Source of the DNA: Eledone cirrhosa
Lineage: Eukaryota
Length of the DNA stretch: 64,000 nucleotides
NCBI GenBank assembly: GCA_964016885.1
Contig: OZ024764.1
Coordinates: 7,068,001 to 7,132,000, forward strand
Reading direction: 5' to 3'
Numbering within the stretch: the stretch's first letter is position 1; the number at the start of each line of letters is the position of its first letter. Shown one piece after another: positions 40,352-53,459 of the stretch. The notes beneath the pieces were generated by a model, which was not told the DNA's origin, searched no databases, and saw only the letters and a program-made list of their open reading frames with translations. Position numbers and translations under genes: made by a program.

Positions 40352-40973
40352 CCCTTTAGCATTTAAACCGGCCAGAACTCTCTCACGTTGTTCTGTTCAA
40401 ACTAGCTGCTCATACCTAGATTAAGGTATTGTTCTCAAAATGTTGTAGATTCGATATTATGTGAGGTAAAGCCTTTACTGTGAAAATACAATAGTATATA
40501 TAGAGTAATGTAAATGTTATGTGAGATATTATGTGAGGTAAAGCCTTTACTGTAAAAATACAATAGTATATATAGAGTAATGTAAATGTTATGTGAGATA
40601 TTATGAGAGGTAAAGACTTTACTGTAAAAATACAATAGTATATATAGAGTAATGTAAATGTTATGTGAGATATTATGTGAGGTAAAGCCTTTACTGTGAA
40701 AATACAATAGTATATATAGAGTAATGTAAATGTTATGTGAGATATTATGAGAGGTAAAGACTTTACTGTAAAAATACAATAGTATATATAGAGTAATGTA
40801 AATGTTATGTGAGATATTATGAAAGGTAAAGACTTTACTGTAAAAATACAATAGTATATATAGAGTAATGTAAATGTTATGTGAGATATTATGTGAGGTA
40901 AAGCCTTTACTGTGAAAATACAATAGTAAATATAGAGTAATGTATTTTCACATTAAATGCTTTATCTAAAGGG
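40352..40973 (+). mobile_element. piggyBac-like MITE with internal 72-bp array (about 6.5 copies)
   Basis: TTAA|ccctttag ... ctaaaggg|TTAA. Confidence 0.8.
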
Positions 40974-40979
40974 TTAAGT

Positions 40980-41225
40980 AGTGAAGTGATCTTTTTTTGA
41001 GAATAATTTACCAAAAATATCACTTTCCAATCACTTTCAAGACAACATCAATACTTTCCTTTCACATTATTTCTCTTACCACAATTTACCATTCTTCTTC
41101 TTTACGATTTCAAATTTTATTCCAAATATTCCTTTAGTTGTCTTTCATTCAACCTTGACCTTTGTTGTTATCTGAAGATGTTTTAAACTCCTTTGTAAAT
41201 CTATTCAACTTTAATTTGCATGTAT
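40980..41225 (-). pseudogene. Decayed third ZNF paralog: 5' exon region and first-finger remnant
   Basis: gagaataatttaccaaaaatatcac resembles the first finger, and 41070-41210 aligns by eye to 49665-49815. Confidence 0.6.
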
Positions 41226-41291
41226 ATATTTCAGGCAGTAAAGAAGAGAAATGTTTCCTCAGACTAGAGATAATTCTACCAGAGATTTATA

Positions 41292-42170
41292 TGTGGTTAG
41301 AGCATTGGCCTTGCAATCAAAAGGCTGTGAGTTCAATTCTCAGACCGGGTGATGTGTTGTTTCCTTGAGCAAGACACTTTATTTGGCGTTGCTCCAGTTT
41401 ACTCAGCTGTAGAAATGAGATGATAGGACTGGGGTCCCTATCATTCCACTGCAAAGTGGTCGTGGAGGTGCCACGGCAAAAAAGCACCCAGCACTCACTG
41501 TAAATGAGGTTGGTGTTAGGAAGGGCATCCAGCTGTAGAAATCAAGCCAGAATCAGTTCCCGTCCCACCCTTGCAAGCAGGGAAAAGCGGACATAAAATG
41601 ATGATGATGATGGTTTTATCTGTTCTGTATTACATCTCCTTTTAGTTTTTAAACTACGATAAATATTGACGATACATCTGATGTAAAATATTCTTTTATG
41701 CCAATATTATCTGGTTTTCTGAAATGATAAAGAAACAGTGTGAGATAAGAGAGAAGACTTAAAAAGTAGAGATTTAATAGGGGAAAATCTTTCATATCTA
41801 CATTGATAAACATTTTATTATTAAAACTAGCAGAAAAACCACCCTTCGGACCGGGTGATGTCTTGTTTCCTTGAGCAAGACACTTTATTTCACATTGCTC
41901 CAGTTTACTCAGCTGTAGAAATGAGATGATAGGGACTGGGGTCCCTATCATTCCACTGCAAAGTGGTCGTGGAGGTGCCACGGCAAAAAAGCACCCAGCA
42001 CTCACTGTAAATGAGGTTGGTATTAGGAAGGGCATCCAGCTGTAGAAATCAAGCCAGAATCAGTTCCCGTATGAGCAAGCCAAGGTCAGCTGACCGGACA
42101 CTGCCTACAACAGGACAACCCGTCTAACCCATGCTAGCGTGGAAGAACGGACGTAAAACGGTGATGATAT
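41292..42170 (+). mobile_element. Two SINE family A copies (41292-41612; 41848-42170, 5' truncated with alternative tail)
   Basis: Same body as the copy at 14177. Confidence 0.8.
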
Positions 42171-42177
42171 ATATATC

Positions 42178-45100
42178 ATTTTGCAGATGATATTGCACTT
42201 CTTGCAGATTGCCTAGAAAATGTACAACTTTTGACATCTCTCCAGTAAAGCAGCTTCCCTTGTTGGCCTTCATCTCAATGAGAGTACAACAGAGTACATA
42301 TCAAACTGTACAGGCAACAGCATCAAAGAAATCAACGGCAGTGATATCAACCAAGTCGAGGATTTTAAGTATCTTAGGTCCTGGATCATGGACTCTGAGA
42401 AGGATTTCACCACCAGAAAGGCCCAATCAGGTCAGCTTGCAAAAAGATGGATCAAGTTTGGTGCTCAAATCTTTCCAACCACACCAAGATCAGACTCTTC
42501 CAAGTCACAATTCAACCAATCTTGCTATATGGAAGTGAAACATGGACGCTTTCATCCAAACAACAAAAGCACCTTGATGGCACCTACACTACTGCTACTA
42601 CTACTACTACTACTACCTTGATGGCACCTACACTACTGCTACTACTACCACCTTGATGGCACCTACACTACTACTACTACTACCACCTTGATGGCACCTA
42701 CACTACTACTACTACCTTGATGTCACCTACACTACTGCTACTACTACTACTACCTTGATGGCACCTACACTACTGCTACTACTACTACTACTACCTTGAT
42801 GGCACCTACACTACTACTACTACTACTACCACCTTGATGGCACCTACACTACTGCTACTACTACTACTACTACCTTGATGGCACCTACACTACTGCTACT
42901 ACTACTACCACCTTGATGGCACCTACACTACTGCTACTACTACTACTACTACCTTGATGGCACCTACACTACTGCTACTACTACTACCACCTTGATGGCA
43001 CCTACACTACTACTACTACTACCTTGATGGCACCTACACTACTACCACCTTGATGGCACCTACACTACTGCTACTACTACTACTACTACCTTGATGGCAC
43101 CTACACTACTACTACTACTACTACTACTACCTTGATGGCACCTACACTACTGCTACTACTACTACTACTACCTTGATGGCACCCTACACTACTACTACTA
43201 CTACTACTACTACCTTGATGGCACCTACACTACTACTACTACTACTACTACTACCTTGATGGCACCTACACTACTACTACTACTACTACTACCACCTTGA
43301 TGGCACCTACACTACTACTACTACTACCTTGATGGCACCTACACTACTACTACTACCACCTTGATGGCACCTACACTACTACTACTACCTTGATGGCACC
43401 TACACTACTACTACTACTACTACTACTACCTTGATGGCACCTACACTACTACTACCACTACTACCTTGATGTCACATACACTACTACCACTACTACCTTG
43501 ATGACACCTACACTACTACTACTACTACCACCTTGATGACACCTACACTACTACTACTACTACCTTGATGACACCTACACTACTACTACTACTACCACCT
43601 TGATGACACCTACACTACTACTACTACTACCTTGATGGCACCCTACACTACTACTACTACCTTGATGGCACCTACACTACTACTACTACTACCACTACTA
43701 CCTTAATGGCACCTACACTACTACTACTACCTTGATGACACCTACACTACTACTACTACTACATTGATGTCACATACACTACTACCTTGATGGCACCTAC
43801 ACTACTACTACTACTACCTTGATGTCACATACACTACTACCTTGATGGCACCTACACTACTACCACTACCACCTTGATGTCACCTACACTACTACCACTA
43901 CCACCACTACCTTGATGACACCTACACTCGCCTGCTTCGACACATTCAGAACAAAAGCTGGTGACATCTGACTTTGAGAGAGATATATGCCGGCCTCCCA
44001 CACATATCTGTCATACGTTAGAGGAGAGTAAGATTTGCTGGCCACTGCCATCGTGCCACCTCTGAGGCTGTCCCCCCTTTAGTGCTATAGAAACCACAAG
44101 CAGTCACTAATAACAGGGGCCACAAGCTCTCCTATCCCAATTTGCTGGCCACTGCCATCGTGCCACCTCTGAGGCTGTGTCCCCATTAGTGCTATAGAAA
44201 CCACAAGCAGTCATTAATAACAGGGGACACAAGCTCTCCTATCCCAATTTGCTGGCCACTGCCATCGTGCCACCTCTGAGGCTGTGTCCCCATTAGTGCT
44301 ATAGAAACCACAAGCAGTCATTAATAACAGGGGACACAAGCTCTCCTATCCCAATTTGCTGGCCACTGCCATCGTGCCACCTCTGAGGCTGTGTCCCCAT
44401 TACTGCTATAGAAACAACAAGCAGTCACTAATAACAGGGGACACAAGCTCTCCTATCCCAATTTGCTGGCCACTGCCATCGTGCCACCTCTGCGGCTGTG
44501 TCCCCATTAGTGCTATAGAAACCACAAGTAGTCACTAATAACAGGGGCCACAAGCTCTCCTATCCCAATTTGCTGGCCACTGCCATCGTGCCACCTCTGA
44601 GGCTGTGTCCCCTTTAGTGCTATAGAAACGACAAGCAGTCACTAATAACAGGGGCCACAAGCTCTCCTATCCCAATTTGCTGGCCACTGCCATCGTGCCA
44701 CCTCTGAGGCTGTGTCCCCTTTAGTGCTATAGAAACCACAAGCAGTCACTAATAACAGGGGCCACAAGCTCTCCTATCTCAATTTGCTGGCCACCTCTGA
44801 GGCTGTGTCCCCTTTAGTGCTATAGAAACCACAAGCAGTCACTAATAACAGGGGCCACAAGCTCTCCTATCTCAATTTGCTGGCCACTGCCATCGTGCCA
44901 CCTCTGAGGCTGTGTCCCCTTTAGTGCTATAGAAACCACAAGCAGTCACTAATAACAGGGGCCACAAGCTCTCCTATCCCAATTTGCTGGCCACTGCCAT
45001 CGTGCCACCTCTGAGGCTGTGTCTCCATTACTGCTATAGAAACAACAAGCAGTCACTAATAACAGGGGACACAAGCTCTCCTATCACGATGTCATCTCCA

Positions 45101-45200
45101 GAGATTGAAATCCAGGAGTTGGCAACGGCAATGAACAACAGACCCATGTGGAGATCAATTGTTGAGTCAATTTCGGCTGAGGCAGCCGGGTGATGATGAT
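42178..45200 (+). mobile_element. Decayed LINE (RTE-X-like) with two internal tandem expansions
   Basis: FADDIALL and ILLYGSETWTL..LDGTYT, then a ccttgatggcacctacac(tac)n array (42570-43930). ORF resumes RLLRHIQNKSW, then the 107-bp array (44034-45085), 3' end and (GAT)n. Confidence 0.85.
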
Positions 45201-45925
45201 ATATATCATCATCACCACTGGTTAGCATCCATTTTTCCACACTTGCATGGGTTAGATGGGTCGTTCACATTGGGAGAGAAGCCAGGCCAGGGTTGGCCAT
45301 GCCTTACGTTGCTCCAACGATATTTCTGCATTTATTATACGATCTTGGTATGTTACGCCACAGATGATGCGCAATGTGTGAAATGTGTTCACTTTTTGGT
45401 TTTGCATATATTCAATTCATTCCTCAAGCCATAAAGAACTCTGGCAGCCATAATGTATTATACATCCCTAACTTAAGATAAATACTGATTCTCGCTTTCC
45501 AAATCTATCTAAGGTCATTCATTACCTTATAGGCTAATGCTGCCCTGTGACGTATGTCTTCCTCACCAGTGCCATTACAGCTGAACCTTTGATTCAAGTA
45601 GATAAGGCAAACGGTTCTTCTGAGCTAAGCAATATTTGCAAATATTCCATTATTGTTATCAATGTTTAAACACGTGCTCAGTTTTTGCGACATTTAGTTC
45701 CAGACCAACAGTGTGGGCTTGATATATTATGTGATTTAAATCATCTTGTGCTTTCTGTATTGAAGGCACAAAACAATGTCATCTGCAAATGCCAGGTTTG
45801 ATAACTTGATACCAGATGTGAACTCAATGCTGTTGCTTTTAGAATGTGGTCAATCTTCTTGTCACTAAACTCCACCAGTTGCAGACTGCTCATCAACATA
45901 TGATATCTCTCTCCACAAAGTTCCA

Positions 45926-46586
45926 TCACCAACAGCAGAGTTTAAAGAGCAAAGGACAAGTCCAGTCCATAAGTTGACATTATCAAGCCATCGTTTTGGC
46001 TGCAGGCCTCTGCTTCTCTTACCAGCCAACCTTCCTTCCAGGATTATATAATACCTTTTGATCACCAACAGCAGAGTTTTAACAACAAAGATCAAGTCCA
46101 GTCCATAAGTTGACATTATCAAGCCATTGTTTTGGCTGCCAGCCTCTGCTTCTCTTACCAGCCAACCTTCCTTCCAGGATTATATAATACCTTTTGATCA
46201 CCAACAGCAGAGTTTTAACAACAAAGATCAAGTCCAGTCCATAAGTTGACATTATCAAGCCATTGTTTTGGCTGCCAGCCTCTGCTTCTCTTACCAGCCA
46301 ACCTTCCTTCCAGGATTATATAATACCTTTTGATCACCAACAGCAGAGTTTTAACAACAAAGATCAAGTCCAGTCCATAAGTTGACATTATCAAGCCATT
46401 GTTTTGGCTGCCAGCCTCTGCTTCTCTTACCAGCCAACCTTCCTTCCAGGATTATATAATACCTTTTGATCACCAACAGCAGAGTTTTAACAACAAAGAT
46501 CAAGTCCAGTCCATAAGTTGACATTATCAAGCCATTGTTTTGGCTGCCGGCCTCTGCTTCTCTTACCAGCCAACCTTCCTTCCAGG
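45926..46586 (-). repeat. 136-bp tandem repeat, about 5 copies, from an RTE ORF2 C-terminus
   Basis: Period 136 (46060, 46196, 46332). Minus strand reads IILEGRLAGKRSRG.QPK.WLDNV. Confidence 0.85.
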
Positions 46587-46926
46587 CATAACCTACTCAC
46601 ACCACGAGTTGATCTTTTTATATGACTGTATAGTTTGAGTACTCTTTACCAGACTTAGACCAATTACATCAATTGTCAAGTCATGTTGAGCAGCTCACTG
46701 ATACAGATACGGTCCCTGAGCTGCTGGCCAGTCATAAGTCTCATGATGTGGTTCTGGAATGTAGAGGTGACTTAGGCAAGTCATTCAGAAAGCTTCACAG
46801 GCCACAGGTTGCCCATGACTGGTCTAAAGAAAAAGAAATGGTTCAACAACTGATATTTGTGGACTTTGTGATGGAAGCTAGAAACAATGTTACTATCATT
46901 ACAAGGAATGGAGTTAGTACTTTAAC

Positions 46927-47410
46927 CCTTTAATGACAAACCGGCCAGAATTCTTTCACCTCTTTCTGTTGAAATTGGCGGTAACTGGTCAGTCAAACTG
47001 ATGTTAAGGTATTGTTCTCAAAATAAATACTTACAAAATCTCATAGATTCGATATTGTGTGAGGTAAAGCCTTTTCTGTGACATTACAATAGTATATATA
47101 GAGTAATGTAAATGTTATGTGAGATATTATGTGAGGTAAAGCCTTTTCTGTGACATTACAATAGTATATATAGAGTAATGTAAATGTTATGTGAGATATT
47201 ATGTGAGGTAAAGCCTTTACTGTGACAATACAATAGTATATATAGAGTAATGTAAATGTTATGTGAGATATTATGTGAGGTAAAGCCTTTACTGTGAAAA
47301 TACAATAGTATATATTGAGTAATGTAAATGTTATGTGAGATATTATGTGAGGTAAAGCCTTTACTGTGAAAATACAATAGTATATATAGAGTAATGTGAA
47401 TGCTAAAGTG
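46927..47410 (+). mobile_element. piggyBac-like MITE with internal 72-bp array (about 5 copies)
   Basis: TTAA|ccctttaa ... gctaaagtg|TTAA; same body as 40352. Confidence 0.7.
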
Positions 47411-47539
47411 TTAATGTATCATATAACCTTTATGTTACCAACACGGCTAAAACCAGCCCTGGTTGTATGGAAGAAAACTACCAGTTTTAAAAGTATTGAA
47501 TTTAAATTAAAATCTACCAACATAATTCTATATGAGAAT

Positions 47540-48020
47540 CATCATCATCATCACCGTTTTACGTCCATTCTTCCACGCTAGCGGGAACTGATTCTGGCTT
47601 GATTTCTACAGCTGGATGCCCTTCCTAACACCAACCTCATTTACAGTGAGTGCTGGGTGCTTTTTTACTGTGGCACCTACACGACCACTTTACAGTGTGG
47701 GCTAGGTGCTTTTTTGCCGTGGCACCTCCACAACCACTTTATAGTGGAAGGGGATGGGGGCAGTCTATATGCTTCAGCTTCGGCTTGTACCCGTGGGAAG
47801 TCAGGTCTACTGTATTACTGTGTGACGCCAGAGGTCACGGTCGTGTGTCATCGCCTCTGAGAGGTGCAATTGGGCAAGGTCAGCTTTTATCACCTCATCT
47901 CAGGTCTTCTTGGGTCTCCCCATCGACTTTTAGTGTTCTGCACCTTTTTATGCAACTGTCATCCTTCATACGAATCACATGTCCATACCAACGCAACCTC
48001 CTCTCCTGCACACAGCATAA
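47540..48020 (-). mobile_element. RTE LINE 3' fragment
   Basis: Homologous to 10612-11195. Confidence 0.75.
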
Positions 48021-48502
48021 TCTTACATTAAATTACTATCTTAGTAATGAAATAATTAATAATTCAGGTAGATTCCTCAAAAGGCTTTATTAATTAATTG
48101 AAATGGAGTGTATTTTATGAGAAATATGGTCATTACCATTTAATATATAAAGTTGGCTACCATACTATCTATCTAAGGCGAGTAAAATTCCCGAGATCCA
48201 TGGATGAGTTCTCTCCAGCGGTCTCTGTCCCTCATCATCACTGCCATGTCCTGCGTCTCCAACAGACCAGTGTCTGTCTTTAGGGAATCAACATGTCAAC
48301 CTCGGTCACCCTCTTCTAGTGTGTCCATGCAGGGGCTCCCACAGGAACACTGAGTACAGTGTCAACTCTGGGATGTTGGCTACCAAACCAACTGATTACA
48401 TCACACTGTCATTAGATAATCATTAAAAAAATTAAAACAAATTTATGTGTAATATACATGAAAGATGGTGTCTAGAAAGGCTTCAGGCTGTAAAATGTTG
48501 CC

Positions 48503-49624
48503 TCAAGAAAGGGAAATATGATGTGTAGCTGAATGGGCAGTTAGGTTACTTTTTTGACAAAATGATTTACCACAGATATCACAATGATATGGCTTCTCTC
48601 CTGTATGAGTACGTTTGTGATAAGTTAAAGAATTCCCATGAAAGAATGATTTACCACAGACATCACAATGATATGGCTTCTCTCCCGTATGAATTCGTTT
48701 GTGAGTAGTTAATTCACCACTTTGAGAGAAAGATTTACCACATATGTTACACTGATATGGCTTCTCTCCTGTATGAGTACGTTTGTGAGTAGTTACAATA
48801 TTTTTTTGAGAGAAAGATTTACCACAGATATCACAGTGATATGGTTTCTCTCCTGTATGAATACGTTTGTGTTCAGTCAAGGAATTTCCATATGCAAATG
48901 TTTTACCACAGATATCACAATGATAGGGCTTCTCTCCTGTATGGATACGTTTGTGTTTAGTTAAGCGACCAACTACACAGAAAGATTTGCCACAGAGATC
49001 ACAGGAATATGGTTTCTCACTAGAATGGATCCATTTGTGTTTAGTTAAGTTGGAATCTGTAGTGAATGATCTCTCACAGATATCACAATGAAATGGTTTC
49101 TCTCCAGTATGGATGCGTTTGTGTTTAGTTAACTCCCCACTTTGAGAGAATGATTTACCACAGATATCACAGTGATATGGTTTCTCTCCTGTATGAATAC
49201 GTTTGTGAGTAGTTAAGCAGCTTCCCACAGAGAATGATTTACCACATATATCACAGTGATATGGCTTCTCTCCTGTATGAGTACGTATGTGAGTAGTTAA
49301 GTTACCTATTTCAGAGAATGCTTTACCACAGATTTCACAATGATATGACTTCTCTCCTGTATGTATATGTTTGTGTTTAGTTAAGTGGGCAGGTTGAGAG
49401 AAAGATTTACCACAGATATCACAATGATATGCTTTCTCTCCTGTATGAATATATCTGTGAGTAGTTAAATTACCTTTTTGATTGAAACATTTATCACAGA
49501 TATCACAGTGATATGGCTTCTCTCCTGTATGAATACGTTTGTGAATAGTTAATTTGATATTTTGGGAGAATAATTTACCACAGATATCACAGTGGTATGA
49601 TGATTTTCCAGCCTCTTTCGGCAT
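48503..49624 (-). CDS. Tandem C2H2 zinc-finger protein, 13 fingers
   Basis: 13 intact fingers with TGEKP-type linkers. In-frame stop upstream at 49703-49705; acceptor tttctctgttatttcag at 49847. Confidence 0.93.
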   Translation of the reverse strand: MPKEAGKSSYHCDICGKLFSQNIKLTIHKRIHTGEKPYHCDICDKCFNQKGNLTTHRYIHTGEKAYHCDICGKSFSQPAHLTKHKHIHTGEKSYHCEICGKAFSEIGNLTTHIRTHTGEKPYHCDICGKSFSVGSCLTTHKRIHTGEKPYHCDICGKSFSQSGELTKHKRIHTGEKPFHCDICERSFTTDSNLTKHKWIHSSEKPYSCDLCGKSFCVVGRLTKHKRIHTGEKPYHCDICGKTFAYGNSLTEHKRIHTGEKPYHCDICGKSFSQKNIVTTHKRTHTGEKPYQCNICGKSFSQSGELTTHKRIHTGEKPYHCDVCGKSFFHGNSLTYHKRTHTGEKPYHCDICGKSFCQKSNLTAHSATHHISLS

Positions 49625-50089
49625 TTCTTCAAATAAAATATATTTGTCAACTTTCTCACAAACTATTCTCCTCTCACCACAATATGTGGTTATTTTTCTT
49701 CTTTACAATTTAAAATTATATCACAAACAAATATTCCTTCTGGTGTATTTCCTTCAACTTTGATCTTTGTTGATATCTGAAGAGGCTGGAAACTGTTTTG
49801 TAAATTTATCCAACTAGAAATGTCTATGTGAATGTCATCTGATATTCTGAAATAACAGAGAAATATCATGAGACATGTAGAATGTAGAGAAACAACTGTG
49901 AACAATTTTACTATATTTCTAAACAGTATCACTTCATATTTCATGTTAAAAACAACAATTTTTCAAAGGATGTCATTCTAATTCAGTTTTAACACATGTT
50001 GGTGGGCCATGTCTTATCTGAAAAACCATGTGTGGTGACAAGTTAGGGGACCAAATATCACACTAAAGAATGTCCTTGAAGATGACACC

Positions 50090-51370
50090 AGGTTTACTGA
50101 TGATCTAATCATCATAGCTGAAACTGTGGGAGTGTTAGAGACAAAATTCAAAGCAAGGAAGAAAAACCTGAGATAAATCTAGCAATGAGACAACACTTTG
50201 CAATATTTATTAGTTTCTATTCTTTACATCAACATCATCATCACCGTTTAATGTCCATTTTCCATGTTAGCCTGGGTAGGACGGCCAGTCCCTTTGTGAG
50301 AAATCAGGTCAGAGGACCTTGAAGATTACACCAGGTTGGAGGTAACTTCACATGGCAATGATGTGTGAGTCGGAGGTGGAACTTTATCATGGCACCAGTA
50401 ACAGATGTGTAAGAAGAGATAGAATAGACTTTATCAATAGTAAACCTATTCCAATGACAGGTAAGATCCATAGAAGTGGTTGATAGCTTTTGCTACCTGG
50501 CTGATATAATTAACAGTGGAGGAGAGTGCTTCGAGAGTGCAGTAGCTAGAATAAGAATAGGATGGAAGAAGTTCAGGGAACTACTCCCTCTGTTGACAAC
50601 AAAAGGGTTCTCCCTACAAATGTGTGTGATGTGTGATACTACATGGTAGTGAAACATGGGCAGAAACTGCTGGAGAGAAATAAAGCAAGCATGCTTTGAT
50701 GGATGTGCAATGTTACTGTGCATGAACAACAAAGCATAAGTGAACTGAGAGATAAACTAGGTATAAGAGGAAACAGAGGTAGTGTGAAAGAGGGATGACT
50801 GTGCTGGTATCGACATGTGATAAACATGGATGATACATATATTTTGTATTGAAACTGTAGCTAAGGCCTTAAAGTCAGATTCATGGCTGCATTCTGAACA
50901 AAATACACTTTTATAACAAAAGATAGAAACTAATCAAACAAAAGTTTTCTCCCTTTGAATGGCGGCTGTGTGTTATGTGTGCTGCTGTATGGTAATGAGA
51001 CATAGTGATTGTAGAGGATATGTGACTGCTGGAGAAAAATGAAGAAACTCTGCTTTGATAGATTTGTAATGTTAATGTACATGAACGACAGAAGTTGAGT
51101 GAACTTTGAGAAAAACTGGGTATAAGAGAAATAAGTAGTGTGCAAGAGAGAAGACTGTATTGGTATGGGTATGTAATACACATCGATGATGATTACTAGA
51201 AGTGCCAGAAATTCCCAGCAGATAGAGGCTGCAGTAGAGGAAAACCAAAGAAAACCTGGGCAGAGGTGGTGTGAGCTGATCTCAAATAGTTGAAGCTCAT
51301 TGAGGAGATGATGAAGGAACGTGACAAGTGGAGAGATGCTGTACTGAAAAGGATTGGTGCAACCCATGTC
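50090..51370 (+). mobile_element. Highly decayed RTE LINE fragments
   Basis: Degenerate DDLII, GWKKFRELLPLL, HGSETW and WYG motifs. Confidence 0.7.
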
Positions 51371-51431
51371 ACCATGTAACCGTGAACATAAAATAATTAT
51401 CCTGAATGAGTAGTCAACATTGGAAATAAGA

Positions 51432-52733
51432 GGTTATATGGTGGACGAGATTGAGAGGGCTGAGGACAGATGCCTTTCTCTCCGGACAACAACTCATTCC
51501 CTTCTTTAGGTATCACTTTAGAAGGAGAATCAGGGTGGAGAGAGAGGCACTGCACCCCAGTAAATTTACTGAAAGGTGTTATATGGTGGACGAGATTGAG
51601 AGGACTGAGGACAGATGCCTTTCTCTCCGGACAACAACTCATTCCCTTCTTTAGGTACCACTTTAGAAGGAGAATCAGAGTGGAGAGAGAGGCACTGCAC
51701 CCCAGTAAATTTACTGAAAGGTGTTATATGGTGGACGAGATTGAGAGGACTGAGGACAGATGCCTTTCTCTCCGGACAACAACTCATTCCCTTCTTTAGG
51801 GACCACTTTAGAAGGAGAATCAGAGTGGAGAGAGAGGCACTGCACCCCAGTAAATTTACTGAAAGGTGTTATATGGTGGACGAGATTGAGAGGACTGAGG
51901 ACAGATGCCTTTCTCTCCGGACAACAACTCATTCCCTTCTTTAGGTACCACTTTAGAAGGAGAATCAGAGTGGAGAGAGAGGCACTGCACCCCAGTAAAT
52001 TTACTGAAAGGTGTTATATGGTGGACGAGATTGAGAGGACTGAGGACAGATGCCTTTCTCTCCGGACAACAACTCATTCCCTTCTTTAGGGACCACTTTA
52101 GAAGGAGAATCAGAGTGGAGAGAGAGGCACTGCACCCCAGTAAATTTACTGAAAGGTGTTATATGGTGGACGAGATTGAGAGGACTGAGGACAGATGCCT
52201 TTCTCTCCGGACAACAACTCATTCCCTTCTTTAGGTACCACTTTAGAAGGAGAATCAGAGTGGAGAGAGAGGCACTGCACCCCAGTAAATTTACTGAAAG
52301 GTGTTATATGGTGGACGAGATTGAGAGGACAGATGCCTTTCTCTCCGGACAACAACTCATTCCCTTCTTTAGGTACCACTTTAGAAGGAGAATCAGGGTA
52401 GAGAGAGAGGCACTGCACCCCATAAATTTACTGAAAGGTGGGTGAATGTGACAAAAATGGCCCGTGTGATTGGGCCTTCTCTGTATATAAGCCTGTAGGT
52501 TTAAGAAGAGAGCAAAAGAAAGAAGGGAGCACTTGCACAACATGTTCCTGAAGTTGAGGGTTGTTCTATCTACGGGGTATTAAACAACCCATTTGTGGCG
52601 CCTCCCCCCTATTGGGGATTTCAGTTGTTATATTTGTTTATTTCAATATTTTTACACGACTGTATGTAAAATCCCCGGCATGTGTCTTTGTATTGTCCCC
52701 CTTTCTTGTGCGCCCTTGTGGCTAATAAAGAAA
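51432..52733 (+). mobile_element. Tx1/L1-like LINE 3' end with 145-bp tandem array (about 7 copies)
   Basis: Period 145. The unit encodes VIWWTRLRGL..FLSGQQLIPFFRYHFRRRIRVER; the 3' UTR ends ggctAATAAAgaaat. Confidence 0.7.
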
Positions 52734-53053
52734 TATATATATATATTACTAAAACTCAGTGATAGCTTGTTACGGCACATAATGGGAAAGTACTTTGAAA
52801 GTAGCCTCTGAAATGGGAATACATACGGAATAAAATGTTTCACATAAATTGGACCATGGGTTCCCGAGATATGGGGTTTTCTGGGTACCTTCATAAACAG
52901 AGATAGAGATAGAGAGGAAGAGATAGTGGTTGTGAGAGAGTAGATTGAAAGAGAGAGAGGAGACAGAGAAGGAGAATGGAAGAAAGAGCTGGTGGTGTTG
53001 TGTATATATGTCTATGACCAGTGTATATAGATCAGACACCCACATATTTATAT

Positions 53054-53087
<34 letters not shown>

Positions 53088-53459
53088 ATACACACAAACA
53101 CACACATATATATATATACACACATACATATATATATATATATACACACACAAACACACACACATATATATATACACACATACATATATATATATATATA
53201 CACAAACACATACATATATATATACACATACATATATATACACAAACACACACACATATATGTATACACACATACATATATATACAAACACACACATATA
53301 TACATACACATATATATATATATATAGGCCTTCCAGTTTCGCTTTCACATTATATACATGTCTGTGTATATTTTAATTATTTAAAAAATATTCTGAAGTG
53401 AACATGGCCCAACGAGTCACAGGTGGTGTAGTCTAGTAGAATATAAATTCATTAAGTTT

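Noticed and set aside
42570-43930. CRISPR-like pattern of constant repeat plus variable spacer
   Set aside because: The spacers are only (TAC)n length variants, the repeat derives from LINE codons, there are no cas genes, and the context is eukaryotic.
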